From the NCBI RefSeq assembly GCF_018350175.1, contig NC_058373.1, forward strand, positions 71,300,001 through 71,364,000: 64,000 nt of DNA. The letters run 5' to 3'. Shown piece after piece: positions 13,487 to 26,703 of this stretch (the stretch's first letter is position 1; each line of letters begins with the position of its first letter). The translations under genes and the position numbers were made by a program. The stretch comes from Felis catus (lineage: Eukaryota). Under the pieces are notes generated by a model, which saw only the letters and a program-made list of their open reading frames with translations, did not search any database and was not told where the DNA came from.

Positions 13487-13724
13487 GGGAATGCAAGCTG
13501 GTGCAGCCACTCTGGAAAACAGTATGGAGGTTCCTCAAAAAACTAAAAATAGAACTACCCTACAACCCAGCAATTGCACTACTAGGCATGTATCCAAGGG
13601 ATACAGGTGTGCTGTTTCGAAGGGACACATGCACCCCCATGTTCATAGCAGCACTATCAACAATAGCCAAAGTATGGAAAGAGCCCAAATGTCCATCGAT
13701 GGATGAATGGCTAAAGAAGATGTA

Positions 13725-13769
<45 letters not shown>

Positions 13770-14204
13770 GGAGTGTTACTCGGCAATCAAAAAGAATGAA
13801 ATCTTGCCATTTGCAACTACGTGGATGGAACTGGAGGGTATTACGCTAAGTGAAATTAGGCAGAGAAAGACAAATATCATGACTTCACTCATATGAGGAC
13901 TTTAAGAGACAAAACAGATGAATGTAAGGGAAGAGAAACAAAAATAATATAAAAACCAGGAGGGGGACAAAACAGAAGAGACTCATAAATATGGAGAACA
14001 AACTGAGGGCTACTGGAGGGGTTGTGGGAGGGGGGATGGGCTAAATGGGTAAGGGGCACTAAAGAATCTCTTCCTGAAATCATTGTTGCACTATATGCTG
14101 GATGTAAATTAAAAAAAAATAAAATGTAAAAAAAATTAAAAAATAAAAAATAAAAATGCAACAGATTTTTGTATATTGAAAAAATAAAATAAAATAAAAA
14201 AATA
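13487..14204 (+). mobile_element. 5'-truncated felid L1 (ORF2 end plus 3' UTR)
   Basis: Encodes KLVQPLWKTVWRFLKKLKIELPY...CTPMFIAAL; poly-A tail; TSD aaaggatgtggcct; internal (TA)n. Confidence 0.93.
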
Positions 14205-15676
14205 AAAGGATGTGGCCTTGGAACTATCAAAGCACACTTAAGGACTACCAGAACATACTTTTCTAAATGTGCCTAGAGTTCCTTAAGACTGTCCCAGGCT
14301 CTGGGGCTCACAACTATAACAGCACTCTGATGTTTATAGTACAGATAGTCTTCCTATTTTATGGATTAAGATACTGGCATTCAAAGTGATTAAGGGATTT
14401 ACGATTACCAAAACAGTAATTGATTTGGGGCTCGAACCCAAGTTACTGATTCTAATTCAATATGCTTTCAAGCTGTACCTTTTTTCCATCATTTTAATCA
14501 CTAATACAGATGATTATATCTTGAATCATCAACTATAACAATAATACCATGAACATCTATCTCTGAGGAAAAAAAGACTATAATCTCATGGCTAATGACA
14601 TATACTATATCCCTGCATATATGTATTTTTTTGTATTGCTAGGACCTGTGATAAATTCACACTTTTCCACCTATAGCCCCTTGATCCCAAGGGTTAGCCA
14701 GGATTTGGAATATAAATAGCCTGTGGCCCTGAAAGAGTGTTAGGACTTTCCTGACTATAGACCTAAACCATGATGCTTGTTCAAGCCAGCCGCTTGATTC
14801 TTAGGTAAAGATACGTCACCTGGAAACTGCTCTCACAAAAGACTTTCCTCTTCATTATCCAGGCTGTGCCACATTCCTTGGCTCTTTGCACTTTACAAAG
14901 AAGGGTTTGAATTACATGATTTCTAAAATCTCTTCATTCCATGATTCTATTAAATAATCTTTCTGTGCAGTATTTCACTCTTCTGGTTGGACACTGTTGC
15001 TTCTACAGCCCAGACCATCTGGGTAAATAAGGATACATGGTTTTGTAGCTAGTAGGATCTTTCACCCTCCCCCCGCTTTTTTTTTTCATTGTTAACCCTT
15101 TGCTGCCTTCAACTTTCCAGGTGTCCAAAGCATCATACATGTTGTGTATTTGACAGAGAAAATATTGGGACAAGAAACCAGTTACGTTTCTATTTCAGCA
15201 GTTCAAAATCACATATGAGTCAAGTGAAGAAGAAAGATAAGGGGAAAACAAGCCTAAATGACTTCAAAGCTTTGTGTCTAGGAAAAAGGGAAAATGAGAG
15301 TGTCAACGAAGCCTGATGAGTCTGAAGTCATGATAGTGGTACATCCAAGTAGAGGTGAGGAATGCTGAAAAAAACAATAGTCTAGAACCCAGGTGAGTTA
15401 TTACAACTTTAGATGGAGGTGAGCTGTCTGAAGAGGAACATAAAACAAGTTAAGAGAAGAACATGAGCAATCTATAATGAGGCACAGGAGACAAAGGACT
15501 CAGGTAGTCCAATGCATTTACTGGTACATCAGCCCACATGCTCAATCCTATTCAGTTCCTGAGTCACTCTTGAAAAGATGTGAGCAATAGTAGAAATCCC
15601 TCCCTCACTCACAAAGGAGGTTGAAAGAAGAGCGTAGAGGGAACTAGTAGGGGGAATATCTAAAACACCTTGCCTC

Positions 15677-15895
15677 TGGGGCGCCTGGGTGGCTCAGTTG
15701 GTTGAGCGTCAGATTTCGGATCAGGTTGGTTGTGATCTTGCAGTTTGTAGGTTCGAGCCCCGTGTTGGGCTCTGTGCTGAGAAGCTCAGAGCCTGGAGCC
15801 TGCTTCAGATTCTGCATCTCTCTCTCTGTCCCTTCCCTGCTCGTGCTCTGTCTCTCAAAAATAAAGAAACGTTAAAAAAATTAATAAAAAAAAAA
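15677..15895 (+). mobile_element. CAN-SINE
   Basis: SINEC consensus; TSD aaaacaccttgcct. Confidence 0.9.
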
Positions 15896-16226
15896 ACAAA
15901 ACACCTTGCCTATCATCTGATGTACCAAAGGTAAGAATCCTGGGCCTCTATACACTCACCAAACTGTAGCCTAATCCCTGGATTGCCATGACTGCCCACT
16001 CTGTGTGAATGTTTTCCAGCCTAATTCCTGTTTCTCCTTCCTCTTCTGTTCTGGGGTTGCAATACTACCTTGAATCTCAGACCACTTGGCTAGGGCCCCA
16101 ACCTGTTACTTGCCCTATATCAGTCCTCTCTCACTGAAGAGTGGACTGTTGACTGGTGTCCTGCTACAAATCAGAGGCCTCCTTCTGTCTTCTCACTCTA
16201 TCCCTACTTTAAAAACTAAATAATGA

Positions 16227-16440
16227 GGGGCATCTGAGTGGCTCAGTCGGTTGAGCATCTGGCTTTAGCTCAGGTCATGATCTCACGTCCATGGGTTTGA
16301 GCCCTGCATCGGGCTCTGTGCTGACAGCTCAGAGTCTGGAGGCTGCTTTGGATTCTGCATCTCTCTCTCTCTCTCTGTCCCTCCTCTGCTCATGCTCTGT
16401 CTCTCAAAAATTTTTTTAAAAAGTTAAAAAATAAACCCTA
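16227..16440 (+). mobile_element. CAN-SINE
   Basis: SINEC consensus; TSD aaaaactaaataa. Confidence 0.88.
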
Positions 16441-16862
16441 AAAACTAAATAAGGAGAGCTAGAGACTTCTATAACTAATTACCCCCATCTGTATACTTTT
16501 GGACCCTCAAGCTGTCACCTCCACCTGGGATGGAGCCATTCCTTTGGACAATATTATTTGTTTTTTTTGATACCTGTTTGGATTGGTGAAATAAGAGAAG
16601 GCCCAGGGGAGTGCGCTCTCTGGAGCCAGGGGAGGAGAAATTTTTTAGGGTAAGAGTCAGTTTTCAAGTCAGTTGATACCTGCAGAAAGATGAAGGAGAA
16701 TGAGGATGGCCTTAGATTATTTGGTGAGAAGTAGGTCATGGTGACGACGAGGCAGGGTAGTTTCAGTACTGTGGTGGAGATAGGAACCAAATTACAGGGG
16801 ATTTTTAAGAACTTTTTATATTAGAGAAACTCAGACGAGAATCATTCAACAATGATGAAACC

Positions 16863-16868
16863 TTTATT
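16863..16868 (-). terminator. Candidate KLHL33 polyadenylation signal
   Basis: AATAAA on the minus strand about 1.9 kb past the KLHL33 stop codon. Confidence 0.5.
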
Positions 16869-18738
16869 TAAGGCTGTTTTTGCCTCCAAACCACAAAGAA
16901 CATGTTCATAGAAGTTAATCTTAAAGACTGCATATTCATAGTGTCTCAGTACCTTCAATTTCCTTCTTTCCTGGTTCTTCAATTTTTCTTCCCTTTTCTC
17001 AAATACATCCTATATATCCCTCCTCATTTTCATCTATGCTCCGAAACAGAGATATAGGGGAAAAAAGAACTCAGTAATGAAATCTCAAAAAAATAAAGCA
17101 TGTGAACACCTCTAGGCCAGGATGAAGAAACGTAGAAAGGAGTCTCCTTTATCTCACCCTTAGGAATATGAGAATCTTAACAAACAACGGTAATAGAAAA
17201 TTGACCTATACAAAGAACTGGCCCTTCTTTGCCCTGAGCTGCTCAGGGGTCAGAAATGGAAATACCAGGCAGGAAAGACTTAGAGGAGTTGTGGAGGGAG
17301 GGAATATACAATTAAGCGAAAGCTATCGTCTTCAGAAAAGCTCCAGAGTAAAAGATGGGCTGGTAACAGCAGCAGAATTCTCTAAAGAATCCTCTGGAAT
17401 ACTGACTTCCCCTTTGCTATAGAGACACAGGGCACGACATGACTTCTTTTCTCTGACTGGAGTGCCTTCCTCCTGCTCTGACTGGTGAGTTTCCAAGTAG
17501 TCTTCAAAATCCAACCCCAACTATACCCATTTGATGATGCCTTCCTTAACAGGAGCCTTCCCTGGGCAGAGTTCACTCCTCCAGTGTCTGGGCTGTCATA
17601 CCTCTAAGTGCCTGGTGTGAGAGCGACAAGGTAAGTGTCCATACCCCTAAGTCCACTACAAAACCTGCATTAGTTTACAAGTCTACCCGCTGGTCAGGAC
17701 CTCTCTGATCTTTGTATCCTTAGAGCCTCATTTAGTGCTGGCACCTAGTGGGTGATTGATCACTGTGTGGGAGAAGGGAGAAAAGAAAGAAGGGGGGAAA
17801 GAAAAGGAAGGAAGAGCAGGGTGGAAGAAGGAAGAGAGGAAGCATCTGATTTAACTTCGCCTGGCCAAAAAAAAAAAAAAAAAAAGGGGGGGGGAAATGG
17901 ATTTTTAAAACTCTAGAGAAAAGGGAAAGAAAGGGGGAAAACCACTTTTCTGAGTCTTCTCTGCCTCTCACTTTTCTCTCTGCCACTTCCTCTCACAACT
18001 TAGCAGCTCACACCATAGCTGTCCTATTGTCATTCCTGATCCTTGACTACACCCCAAAGGGAAGGAAAGAAGCCAGTCAGGCTTCTGGCTTCTTCCACCC
18101 CACCCCTCAAACCTCATGCCATCCCTTCCCCACTCCAGGTGCCTGGCTCCTTCACCTCCGCCCTCCTCATCTTCCCCACACACAGCACGCGCGCCTCATC
18201 AGCTGGCACCCTGTGCAGCGCCAGGTCCAGGCAAGGACTTCCGCCTCAGAATGAAAACCCAGAGGCTCTTAGGGGCTGCAGGCTGAGGCAATGCTGGACT
18301 GAGCCTGCAAGTTACCTGAGAAAGAATATAGTTCATGGTTGGCCTTTCCACATTTTTCATCTTGATCCATGGGTCAGAATCATCATTTTTCTGACTCTCC
18401 TCTCTTGGCCCCTACACATTGGCTACTGGAGCGTCTTGACTGTCTTCCCAGCCAAATGCACTTTCCCCACCAAGAATGGTGTCAGGGTCCCTACACCTTG
18501 TGGAGTTGTTCCTGGGCCTCCTCTCCTTCCCTTCTCCAACAGCGTTTTCCAGGAATTCTGGAGCCACCTTTTCCTCCATGAAGACCATATATACAAAAGC
18601 GGTTTGTGAGTTGTAAAACACTGTGCTGGAATAAGACGCTATCATGAATCAAGCCTTCTCTTTCTCCCCCCATAATCTCTGTCCTTCTCTCATGACGTTT
18701 CTCATCCCTTCCTCCCTCCATGCACCACCGCTCCCCAC

Positions 18739-21700
18739 TCACCCAGCAGGTTNNNNNNNNNNNNNNNNNNNNNNNNNNNNNNNNNNNNNNNNNNNNNNNN
18801 NNNNNNNNNNNNNNNNNNNNNNNNNNNNNNNNNNNNNNNNNNNNNNNNNNNNNNNNNNNNNNNNNNNNNNNNNNNNNNNNNNNNCATGGATAAGGTGGGA
18901 GAGGGCGTAAGTACGGTGGCTGTAGCCCCCCAGCACCAGAAGCTCTCCCTGCAGCGCAGCCCCTGCGGCCCCCACATGGGGGGAGGGCAAGGGTGCCAGG
19001 TGAGTCCAGCTATCAGTCCTTGGTTCATAGGCCTCGAAGCTCAGCAGGTCCCCAGTCTCACCTAGCCCACCCGCGACATACAACCGTCCACCCAGAGCGG
19101 CCATGACGTGGCCAGCCCGAGGTACCCCCATAGCGCTCAGAAGCACCCCTGGCTTCTCAAGTTTGGGGTCATAGTGCAGCAATGAGGCCAGGTATTGGCC
19201 AGCCCCGCTGCAGCCACCGCTCACGTACAATCGGCCCTCCAGAACCGCAGCTGCGTGGGCAAAGCGTGGTGCTGGAAGAGCAGGTGCCGGCCTAAGGGAG
19301 AACAGGGCACACGATCAGGCAAAAATCCTCTTCAACTCTCCTCCTCCGAGTCCTCTAGGCTTTCCCTGATGTCTAGAAACAGCCCCTTCCCTGCTCACCT
19401 CCAGACATTCAGCTCGGGGTGATAGGTCTCCACAGAGTTGAGGGCGACGCCACCGTTTCGGCCGCCCAGGGCATAAAGTAGTCCGTCCAGCGCCACCAGG
19501 GGAAAAAAGCTCCGAGCCTGGCACAAAGGCGCCATCTCCTCCCAGTCCTCTTGACTGGGGCCCCACCTGGACACAGCGGGACCAAAGAAGAGTGACCCCG
19601 GGCCCCCGTGGCTGGCTGGGCCAACAATTCCCCCTCAGCTGCCCACCTCGGGGCCTGCTATTCCGTGGGGCCCCTACCTGAGAGTCGAAGCCAGGGTGTT
19701 GGAGTGGCTGTAGAAATCCTGTCCCCCACACACGTAGAGCTCACTTCCTGCGAGGCTCGCAGCCCCGTGCCGGAAGCGCCCCGGGGCAGGCAGGGCAGGC
19801 AGCCGCCCCCACTCCACCGTTCGCACCAGTCCCGTGCCGCAGCAGAAGGCGCGCGCCCACCACACTCCTCGCGACGGCTGTCTTATGGCCATGTCTGCTC
19901 TGAGCCCGTCCCCGCCAATCACTACCAGTGCCTGGTCAGGCTCCCTGCGCCGCTCTTGACCTGGAACGGCAGCCTCTACCAGGAGCTGATGCAGCAAGTC
20001 CGCGGTCAGGGGTGGAGGCAGCCCCGCGGCCCGCACCCTCCGCAGCTCTCTGGTGGACATGCGGCCGAAGCGAACACATCGAAGCAGGGCCTTGGCCTCT
20101 GACTCCTGGGTCTCAGGGTTGGCAGCTAACCAACGCCACGCAGCCATGAAGGCCTCGAACTCCTCTTGCACGTGTAGTTCGTCGCTATCCAGGAGCTCAG
20201 CCAGGCAGGCAGCCGGTAGAGAAGGGAAAGTGGGGCACAAAGCCACAGCAGGCAGGTGGGTGAGGAGGTAGTGACGGGCTTTGCTCCAGAGCCTCTCTAA
20301 GCCCGGGGCTTCCGCTATGGGGAACAGGGCCAGGCAACGTGCGGGGCTGAGGCCCCGAGCCAAGGCTCTCTGGCACAGAGCAAGGCAGGAAGAGCTCTGG
20401 TACTGGAGAGCAGCCTGGGCAGCTCTCAGCAGTCCTGGCCACCTTGCCCGCACAACCCCGGAGTAGGCGAAGGAGACGAGGAGTCGCAGGTCCTGGGCAG
20501 AGATAGTGTGCAGAGACACCTCTGTGCCCTGGGATTCCCTCATCCCGCTCAGGAGCATGGCACCAAAGAACTCGCTGCCACAGGCCAGGGCTGCTCGGTG
20601 CACTGCAAGGAGAAGCAGAGGGGAATCCAGAGTGTTGCTGATTGCCAGGCACCCTGCTGATTTCACGTCCCGACTTTGGGCCAACCACCCAAGGCCACAG
20701 GCTAAACCATGGTGTGCATCAGAATACCCTGCGGTGCCTGTTAAACTGTGGGTTTCAGGGACCCACCCCCAGAGATTCTGATTCAGTAGGTCTGGATGGA
20801 GACCCTAGGAATTTGTATTTCAACATTTTCAAGCACCCTGCATGATTCTCATGTTAGTGGCCTGAAGACACTGTGATAAACATTGCTTTAGTTTTTTGAT
20901 CCAGGTCAATTAGAAAAAGAGTCTTGAATGGTCAAGTTGAGTAGATGCTATAGACAGCTTTTGCTAAAAGGGGGCACAAAATAAACTGCAAAGACCAATG
21001 GTGCAAATTACATAGGTCTCTATCATGCACACACAAAAAAGTTCTTTCCTTTACAATCGTAAGAGCCACTGACATCAGCCAGGATTTTACTTAGAAAATG
21101 GTACCACACGGGGTGTTTGGGTGGCTCAGTCAGTTAAGCGCCCCACTTTGGCTCAGGTCATGATCTCACAGTTCATGGATTCGAGCCCTGCATCAGGCTC
21201 TGTGCTGACAGCTCAGAGCTTGAAGTCTGCTTCAGATTCTGGGTCTCCCTCTCTCTCTGGCTCTCCCCTACTCATGCTCTGTCTCTGTCTCTCAAAAATA
21301 AATAAATGTTAAAAATTTTGCTTAAAAAAAAAATGGTACCACACTTAGGAATCTCTGTGACCTAACCTAATCTAACTGCCGTCTCCCACTTAAGATTTCC
21401 CGTGTGCAGCTTTTCTCTGCACACCCCATCTTCATCTCAGTACATTTCAGGTAATCATGACATTTTAAGCTGGAAACCTTCAAAATCATCCAGTTCGATT
21501 GCTCCTTTTAACAGAAGGAAACTGAAAGAGAGGAAGTGATTTATTTTCTATTCCATGTAATGGCTGCCCGAGCAGATCTTCACCCCCCAACGCCACTGAT
21601 GTCAGGCTGCAGTGAGCATACTTGTGTATCGGTACCCTTCTTACCTGCATGGCCCTCACGCCACTGAAACTATTCTGTTACCGGATGCTATTAAATATAA

Positions 21701-22686
21701 ATGTAAATAAATGCTTTCTAATGTAATGCAATTTGAGATACTTGGCATCAGGTATGGAGTATTCTGACTAAACTGTTGAACCTAAATCTATTTTTTTTTT
21801 TATTATTTAAAAAAATTTTTTTTCCAACGTTTATTTATTTTTGGGACAGAGAGAGACAGAGCATGAACAGGGGAGGGGCAGAGAGAGAGGGAGACACAGA
21901 ATCGGAAACAGGCTCCAGGCTCTGAGCCATCAGCCCAGAGCCCGACGCGGGGCTCAAACTCACGGACCGCAAGATCATGACCTGGCTGAAGTCGGACGCT
22001 TAACCGACTGCGCCACCCAGGCGCCCCATTGAACCTAAATCTAATTGAACCCTTAGATCTAAATTCAAATTTATAGGAAATTGAGAAGCTAAAGGAACAA
22101 GCTAAACAAAACCATAATGGAAAACACACACAAATCTAGAAAATGGAGCATTCTATAAGATAACTAATCTTATTTCTTCAGTAAGTCAAGTCATAAAAAA
22201 GGAGAGGACTGTACAAGAGTAAAGGAAGCTTAAAAGACATGTATCTGAGTACAGCATAGTCCTTGATTGACTCCTGGGTTGGATAAGCCAGCTCTACAAG
22301 ACATTTTTTGGACAAGTGGGAAAATTTCAACTTGGACGAGGTGATACTATGGAATTATTGTTAATTTTGTTAGACATGAGTAAGGTATTGTGGTTATATG
22401 TCCTCTTTTAAAGAGACATGTACCCAAGTATTTGTAAGGGAAATGTCACAGATTTACTTTAAACTTCAGTGATAAGTAAAATAAAGAGATGAGACAAATA
22501 TCATAAAATGTTAATTGTTAAGTCTGAGATATGGGTGTTTGAGTGTTCATGTTAATATTTTCTTGGGGTGCCTGGGTGGCTCAGTCAGTGAAGCATCCGA
22601 CTCTTGATTTCAGCTCAGGTCACGATCTCACAGTTTGTGGGTTTGAGCCTTGCGTTGCAGAGTCTGCTTGGGATTTTCTCTCTCTC

Positions 22687-22718
<32 letters not shown>

Positions 22719-22996
22719 CTACTCCTCTGCTTGTGTTCTCTCTCGCTCTCTCAAAATAAATAAACTTAAAAAATATTTTCTTAATTTGCTATGTGTTTGA
22801 AATGCTTCATAATAAAAAAGGGAGAAAATGCTGCCAGAAGTCCTCTTAGGCAGGTACCAGGGCCAAACACCCAGTGAAGCTATGAACATGAGGCTGCTTT
22901 GACCGACTGTGGCACGTTTGCCTCTCTCAAAGGACATGTGATGTTAATGTGGCTTTCCATTGTCTTTTTTTAAAAAATCTTAAATGTTTATTTATT

Positions 22997-23041
<45 letters not shown>

Positions 23042-26000
23042 AGGGGAGGGGCAGAGAAAGAGGGAGACAGAGTATCTGAAGCAGGTTTTGTGTTGAGAGC
23101 AGAAAGCCCAATGTAGGGCTTGAACTGACAAACCATGAGATCATGACCTGAGCTGAAGTCAGATGCTTAACCCCCTGAGTCATCCAGGTGCTCCTCCATT
23201 GTCGTTTTAAGCAGCAGGTAGTGCCTACATGCTTCCCAAATAGTAACTATCAGCGACAGTTTTCAGATACATATTGCCTGAGAAAACCTGCATTCCTTGA
23301 AGCAGGTAAGCCATTTCATTTTCCATGTAATCAACCAACCTATAGCTCAGAGTCACTGTGAAAGGGTCACAACTACTTACATTCTCCCTCCTCCTCATCA
23401 TTATTCCCTAGAATTTTAAGTGACAGGTTTCTACCATTACGTTGGAATGTTTCTTAGGAAAATGAAAGCAAGGATAGAAGTATGTTTAAATTTGAAACCC
23501 TAGTGAGAATTTTATAACTATGAAATTTTATTTTATCTATTTTTAAAATAATTTATTATTGTTTACTTATTTTTGAGACGGACAGAGTGTGAGCAGGGGA
23601 GGGGCAGAGAGAGAGGGAGACATAGAATCCGAAGCAGGCTCCAGGCTTGGAGCTGTCAGCACAGAGCTTGATGTGGGGCTCGAACTCACCACGAGATCAT
23701 GACTTGAGCCAAAGTTGGATGCTTAACCGACTGAGCCACCCAAGTGCCCCATAACTGTGAAATTTTAAATCCCCCCTCCATCTACTACTATCAGAAATAA
23801 TAACAAACACTTTAGAGACCTGCTATGGATTGAATGTTTATGTCTTCCTCCCTCCTTCCTGTGTTGAAGCCCTACTTCCCAGTGTGGTGATATTTGCAGG
23901 TGGAGCCTTTGGGAGGTAATTAGGTATGAGAGTAGAACCCTCCTGAATGGAATTACTGCCCTATATAAGAGATATGACTGAGATAATCTCTCCCTCCACC
24001 AAGTGAAGAGGATACAGTGAGAAGGTGGCCCTCTGCAAGCCAGGAAGAGAGTCCTAATCATAACCTGACCATACCAGAACCCTGATCTTGGACTTCCAGG
24101 CTTCAGAACTGTAAGAAATAAATTTCATCACTGGGTTCTACTCCTGAAACCAATACTACACTGTATGTTAACTAACTTGAATTTAAATAAATACATTTTT
24201 CTAAAAAAGAAATAAATTTCTGTTGTCAAGCCACCCAGTCTATGGTATTTTTGTTAATGCAGTTCAAGTTAAGACAGGGTGCTTTTTCATCTGGGGGTCC
24301 CAGAAACACTATGTGTTCCAGTCATTCTAATGAGCAGTAGCTATGTGACTTTGGACATGTCTTGAAGTCTGATTTCTTTGTCAATAAAGTATAAAAGCTG
24401 AACTAGATACTCTCTAAAGCAATACCTTTTAATTTAACATTTTTATGTGCCTGCATTCCAACTCCATTTGTCAGATCCTGTGTCTTTGGTTTGGTTGCAC
24501 AGGAGGCAATGCATGGCCTAGTGAAAACAGACTGGGCTAGTGAATACTGGGCTTATATCCTGGTTCTCACCAGTTAACATTTCTGAGTTTAATGTTCTTT
24601 CCTTACACCTAGGGATAGTGGCATCCACCTCACTAGTTTTCAGCGAGAATGCAAAGACATGGCATGTGTAAAAATTCCTGGACCCCAGTACCTCACTCAG
24701 TACTGATAGAATCTGAATAACATTTAACTTATTCAACCCTCCTTAGCTTTCCTAGTGATGAGCCTAGTTAACTTCAAAGTGCCAGGTCCTGGTAGCTTTA
24801 AGATTATGGCAAAACAAAACCAGACCTTGCTCGTTAGCTGTAGAACCCGTATCTACCATGGAGTCAAGGACACTTAGGTGAGAGGACACACTGTGAGTTA
24901 TTCCACCATATTCATCTGGCTTTCCTGTGTCCTAAATAGAAGATGCCAAGAAGGGCTTTTGGTTAATTCCTGTTTAAGTCAATCACTTTCTACTTGTTCC
25001 CCTGGCTCAGACTGTACTCATGACACCAGCCAACTGGCTGGAAATTCTTTGGTACTGGCCACAGGGAAAGCCACAGGTTGAAGGGTCAGCTTAAGTCTGC
25101 CTGGTGCTCCTGGGTAAACAACTCAACTGCTCATGCCTTGCTCTCAGTGGGTCAGGAAAGGCACCAAAGGCCAACCCCAAGGAAATTCTGCCTGCAGCTG
25201 TGATCAAAACCACAATGGAAGGGATCAAACCACCTGCAGCTTGCACACACATAAATGAACCTGCAGTAATGTAATGCCAAAAGGCCCTCACCCCGCAGCC
25301 TGCAGCCGCCTGCCTCCAGCTCCAGGTCACACCCGATGCCCTCTTGGTATAGGAGCTCGATGCTCCGCAGGTTCTCCCTCAGCTCCTCTGCTTGGCTGGG
25401 CTGCTTTTCATCTTCCCTGGTGCTTCCAGCCCCTTTGCATCTCCACTGGGCCACGGCCTTCACCCGGGGCGCTCCCAGGGCCTCTGCCACGACCAGCACA
25501 TCTCCCAGCCGTGCAGGGCCCAGCAACCCCTCATAGGCAAATGTCAGTACGGCCTCCCAGGCCCCGGCGGCCACGTCCAGGCTGAGGGGAGGTCGTGGAC
25601 CTCTGCCACCCAGCAGCCTGTCACGGAAGAGGCTGCTAATTGCAGCCAAGATTACCCGATGCACCCCGTATACTCGCCCCTCAACTGACACCTCTTCGTC
25701 CAACAACAACCTCTGCTCCCGCAGCCGCTGTGCCTCCGCGAAAAACTGGCTGGGATGCTCCTCGCTGCGCAGCTCCTCGGGCTCTGCCGCGTCTTGTTCG
25801 TCTTGGTCGTCTTCCTCCTCTTCTTCCTCAAGGGACAAGACTGGAGAGGGAAGGCTCCCTGGGGCCATGGGCCTGGGGACAGGCTCTTCCAAAGGAAAGG
25901 GGGGCAAACTGGTATCCTCATCTGGGGAAGGTGGCCAGGAGGGGGTTCTCGGGTAGGGCAAAGGTAGGTCAAGGCGATCCTTCTGGGCGGGAGCAGAGAC

Positions 26001-26045
26001 GCTCCCAGGGTCCGAAGGACGATGTGAGGAGTCCGAGACGCTCAT
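18739..26045 (-). CDS. KLHL33: Kelch-like protein 33 (BTB-BTB-BACK-Kelch), about 799 aa; coding exons 26045-25292, 20602-19678, 19566-19399, 19291-18739
   Basis: All junctions are GT-AG and in phase (1,2,2); total 2400 nt including the N gap at 18753-18884. BTB motif VHRAALACGSEFF, BACK domain, kelch repeats (LYVCGG, LYALGG, LYVSGG, LYVAGG), ends PAG*. Position between TEP1 and OSGEP matches human. Confidence 0.92.
20700..20890. mobile_element. MER5-like fragment
   Basis: gtgcatcagaataccc...gattctgattcagtaggtctgg. Confidence 0.7.
21110..21332 (+). mobile_element. CAN-SINE
   Basis: SINEC consensus; TSD aaaatggtaccacac. Confidence 0.9.
21791..22027 (-). mobile_element. Young felid CAN-SINE
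   Basis: Near-consensus sequence; TSD ttgaacctaaatct; sits inside an old L1M 3' fragment (about 21740-22820). Confidence 0.92.
22565..22775 (+). mobile_element. CAN-SINE
   Basis: SINEC consensus with (CT)n tract. Confidence 0.88.
22965..23195 (-). mobile_element. CAN-SINE
   Basis: (GA)n tract; TSD tccattgtc. Confidence 0.88.
23540..23750 (-). mobile_element. CAN-SINE
   Basis: Reverse-strand SINEC consensus. Confidence 0.88.
23821..24277 (+). mobile_element. MLT1A-like MaLR solo LTR interrupted by a very short L1 3' tail
   Basis: Starts tgctatggattgaatg, ends aagccacccagtctatggtatttttgttaatgcag...aagaca; insert at 24127-24206 with TSD aagaaataaatttc. Confidence 0.8.
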
Positions 26046-26671
26046 CGTCCAGGTTCGCTGTTTTGCTACAGGTGAACAGAGGGAAGGGGTGGGGGATTCA
26101 GAGCTGGACCCACAGAGGCCGGAGGAACCCCTATCTCCAGCCCGGCGACATGGCAGTCCCTCTCCCTACTTCAAAACCCACTCCCCACCCCCTTCCCAAG
26201 GCTCGAGCAGCTAGGCTATACTGCCCAACACTGGGGTTCACGAAGAGCACCGAAGCGTGCCAGAAGCATGTGTACCGATCCAGTACCCGGGACCGTATGC
26301 CACCCGGCCTGCCCCCGTCCCACCCGGATAGTCACCCTCCCTAGACACCAGCGTTCCTCCTGGCTCTCCCTTGAACCTTCTCCGCTTCGCTTTGGACCCT
26401 GTGACAGAGGAAACTTGCCCCTCAATCGGGTCAGCGGCTCCACCCGACTAATTATAGCCGGCGCTGACCGGCTAGGGGGTTGGGCTCCGGGAGCCCAGAC
26501 TCTGACACCCAATCCCCCGGGCTCCGTCCCGAGATGACCTCCTCCCCCCTTCCACCTGTAGGTCACGTCCTTGTGCTGAGCGAGGCAAATTCAGAAGCCA
26601 GGGAGGATGTGGGGATCGGGTGGAGTGAGCCAGGCCGGAAAGGCTGCGTTCACAAGACGGGTCTGGGGGAG

Positions 26672-26672
<1 letters not shown>

Positions 26673-26702
<30 letters not shown>
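26673..26702 (+). repeat. Poly-G run of about 30 nt
   Basis: Seen directly in the GC-rich KLHL33 5' region. Confidence 0.85.

Positions 26703-26703
<1 letters not shown>

Noticed and set aside
20603-20684. N-terminal extension of the 336-aa KLHL33 ORF
   Set aside because: Intronic: it lies beyond the acceptor at 20603-20604.
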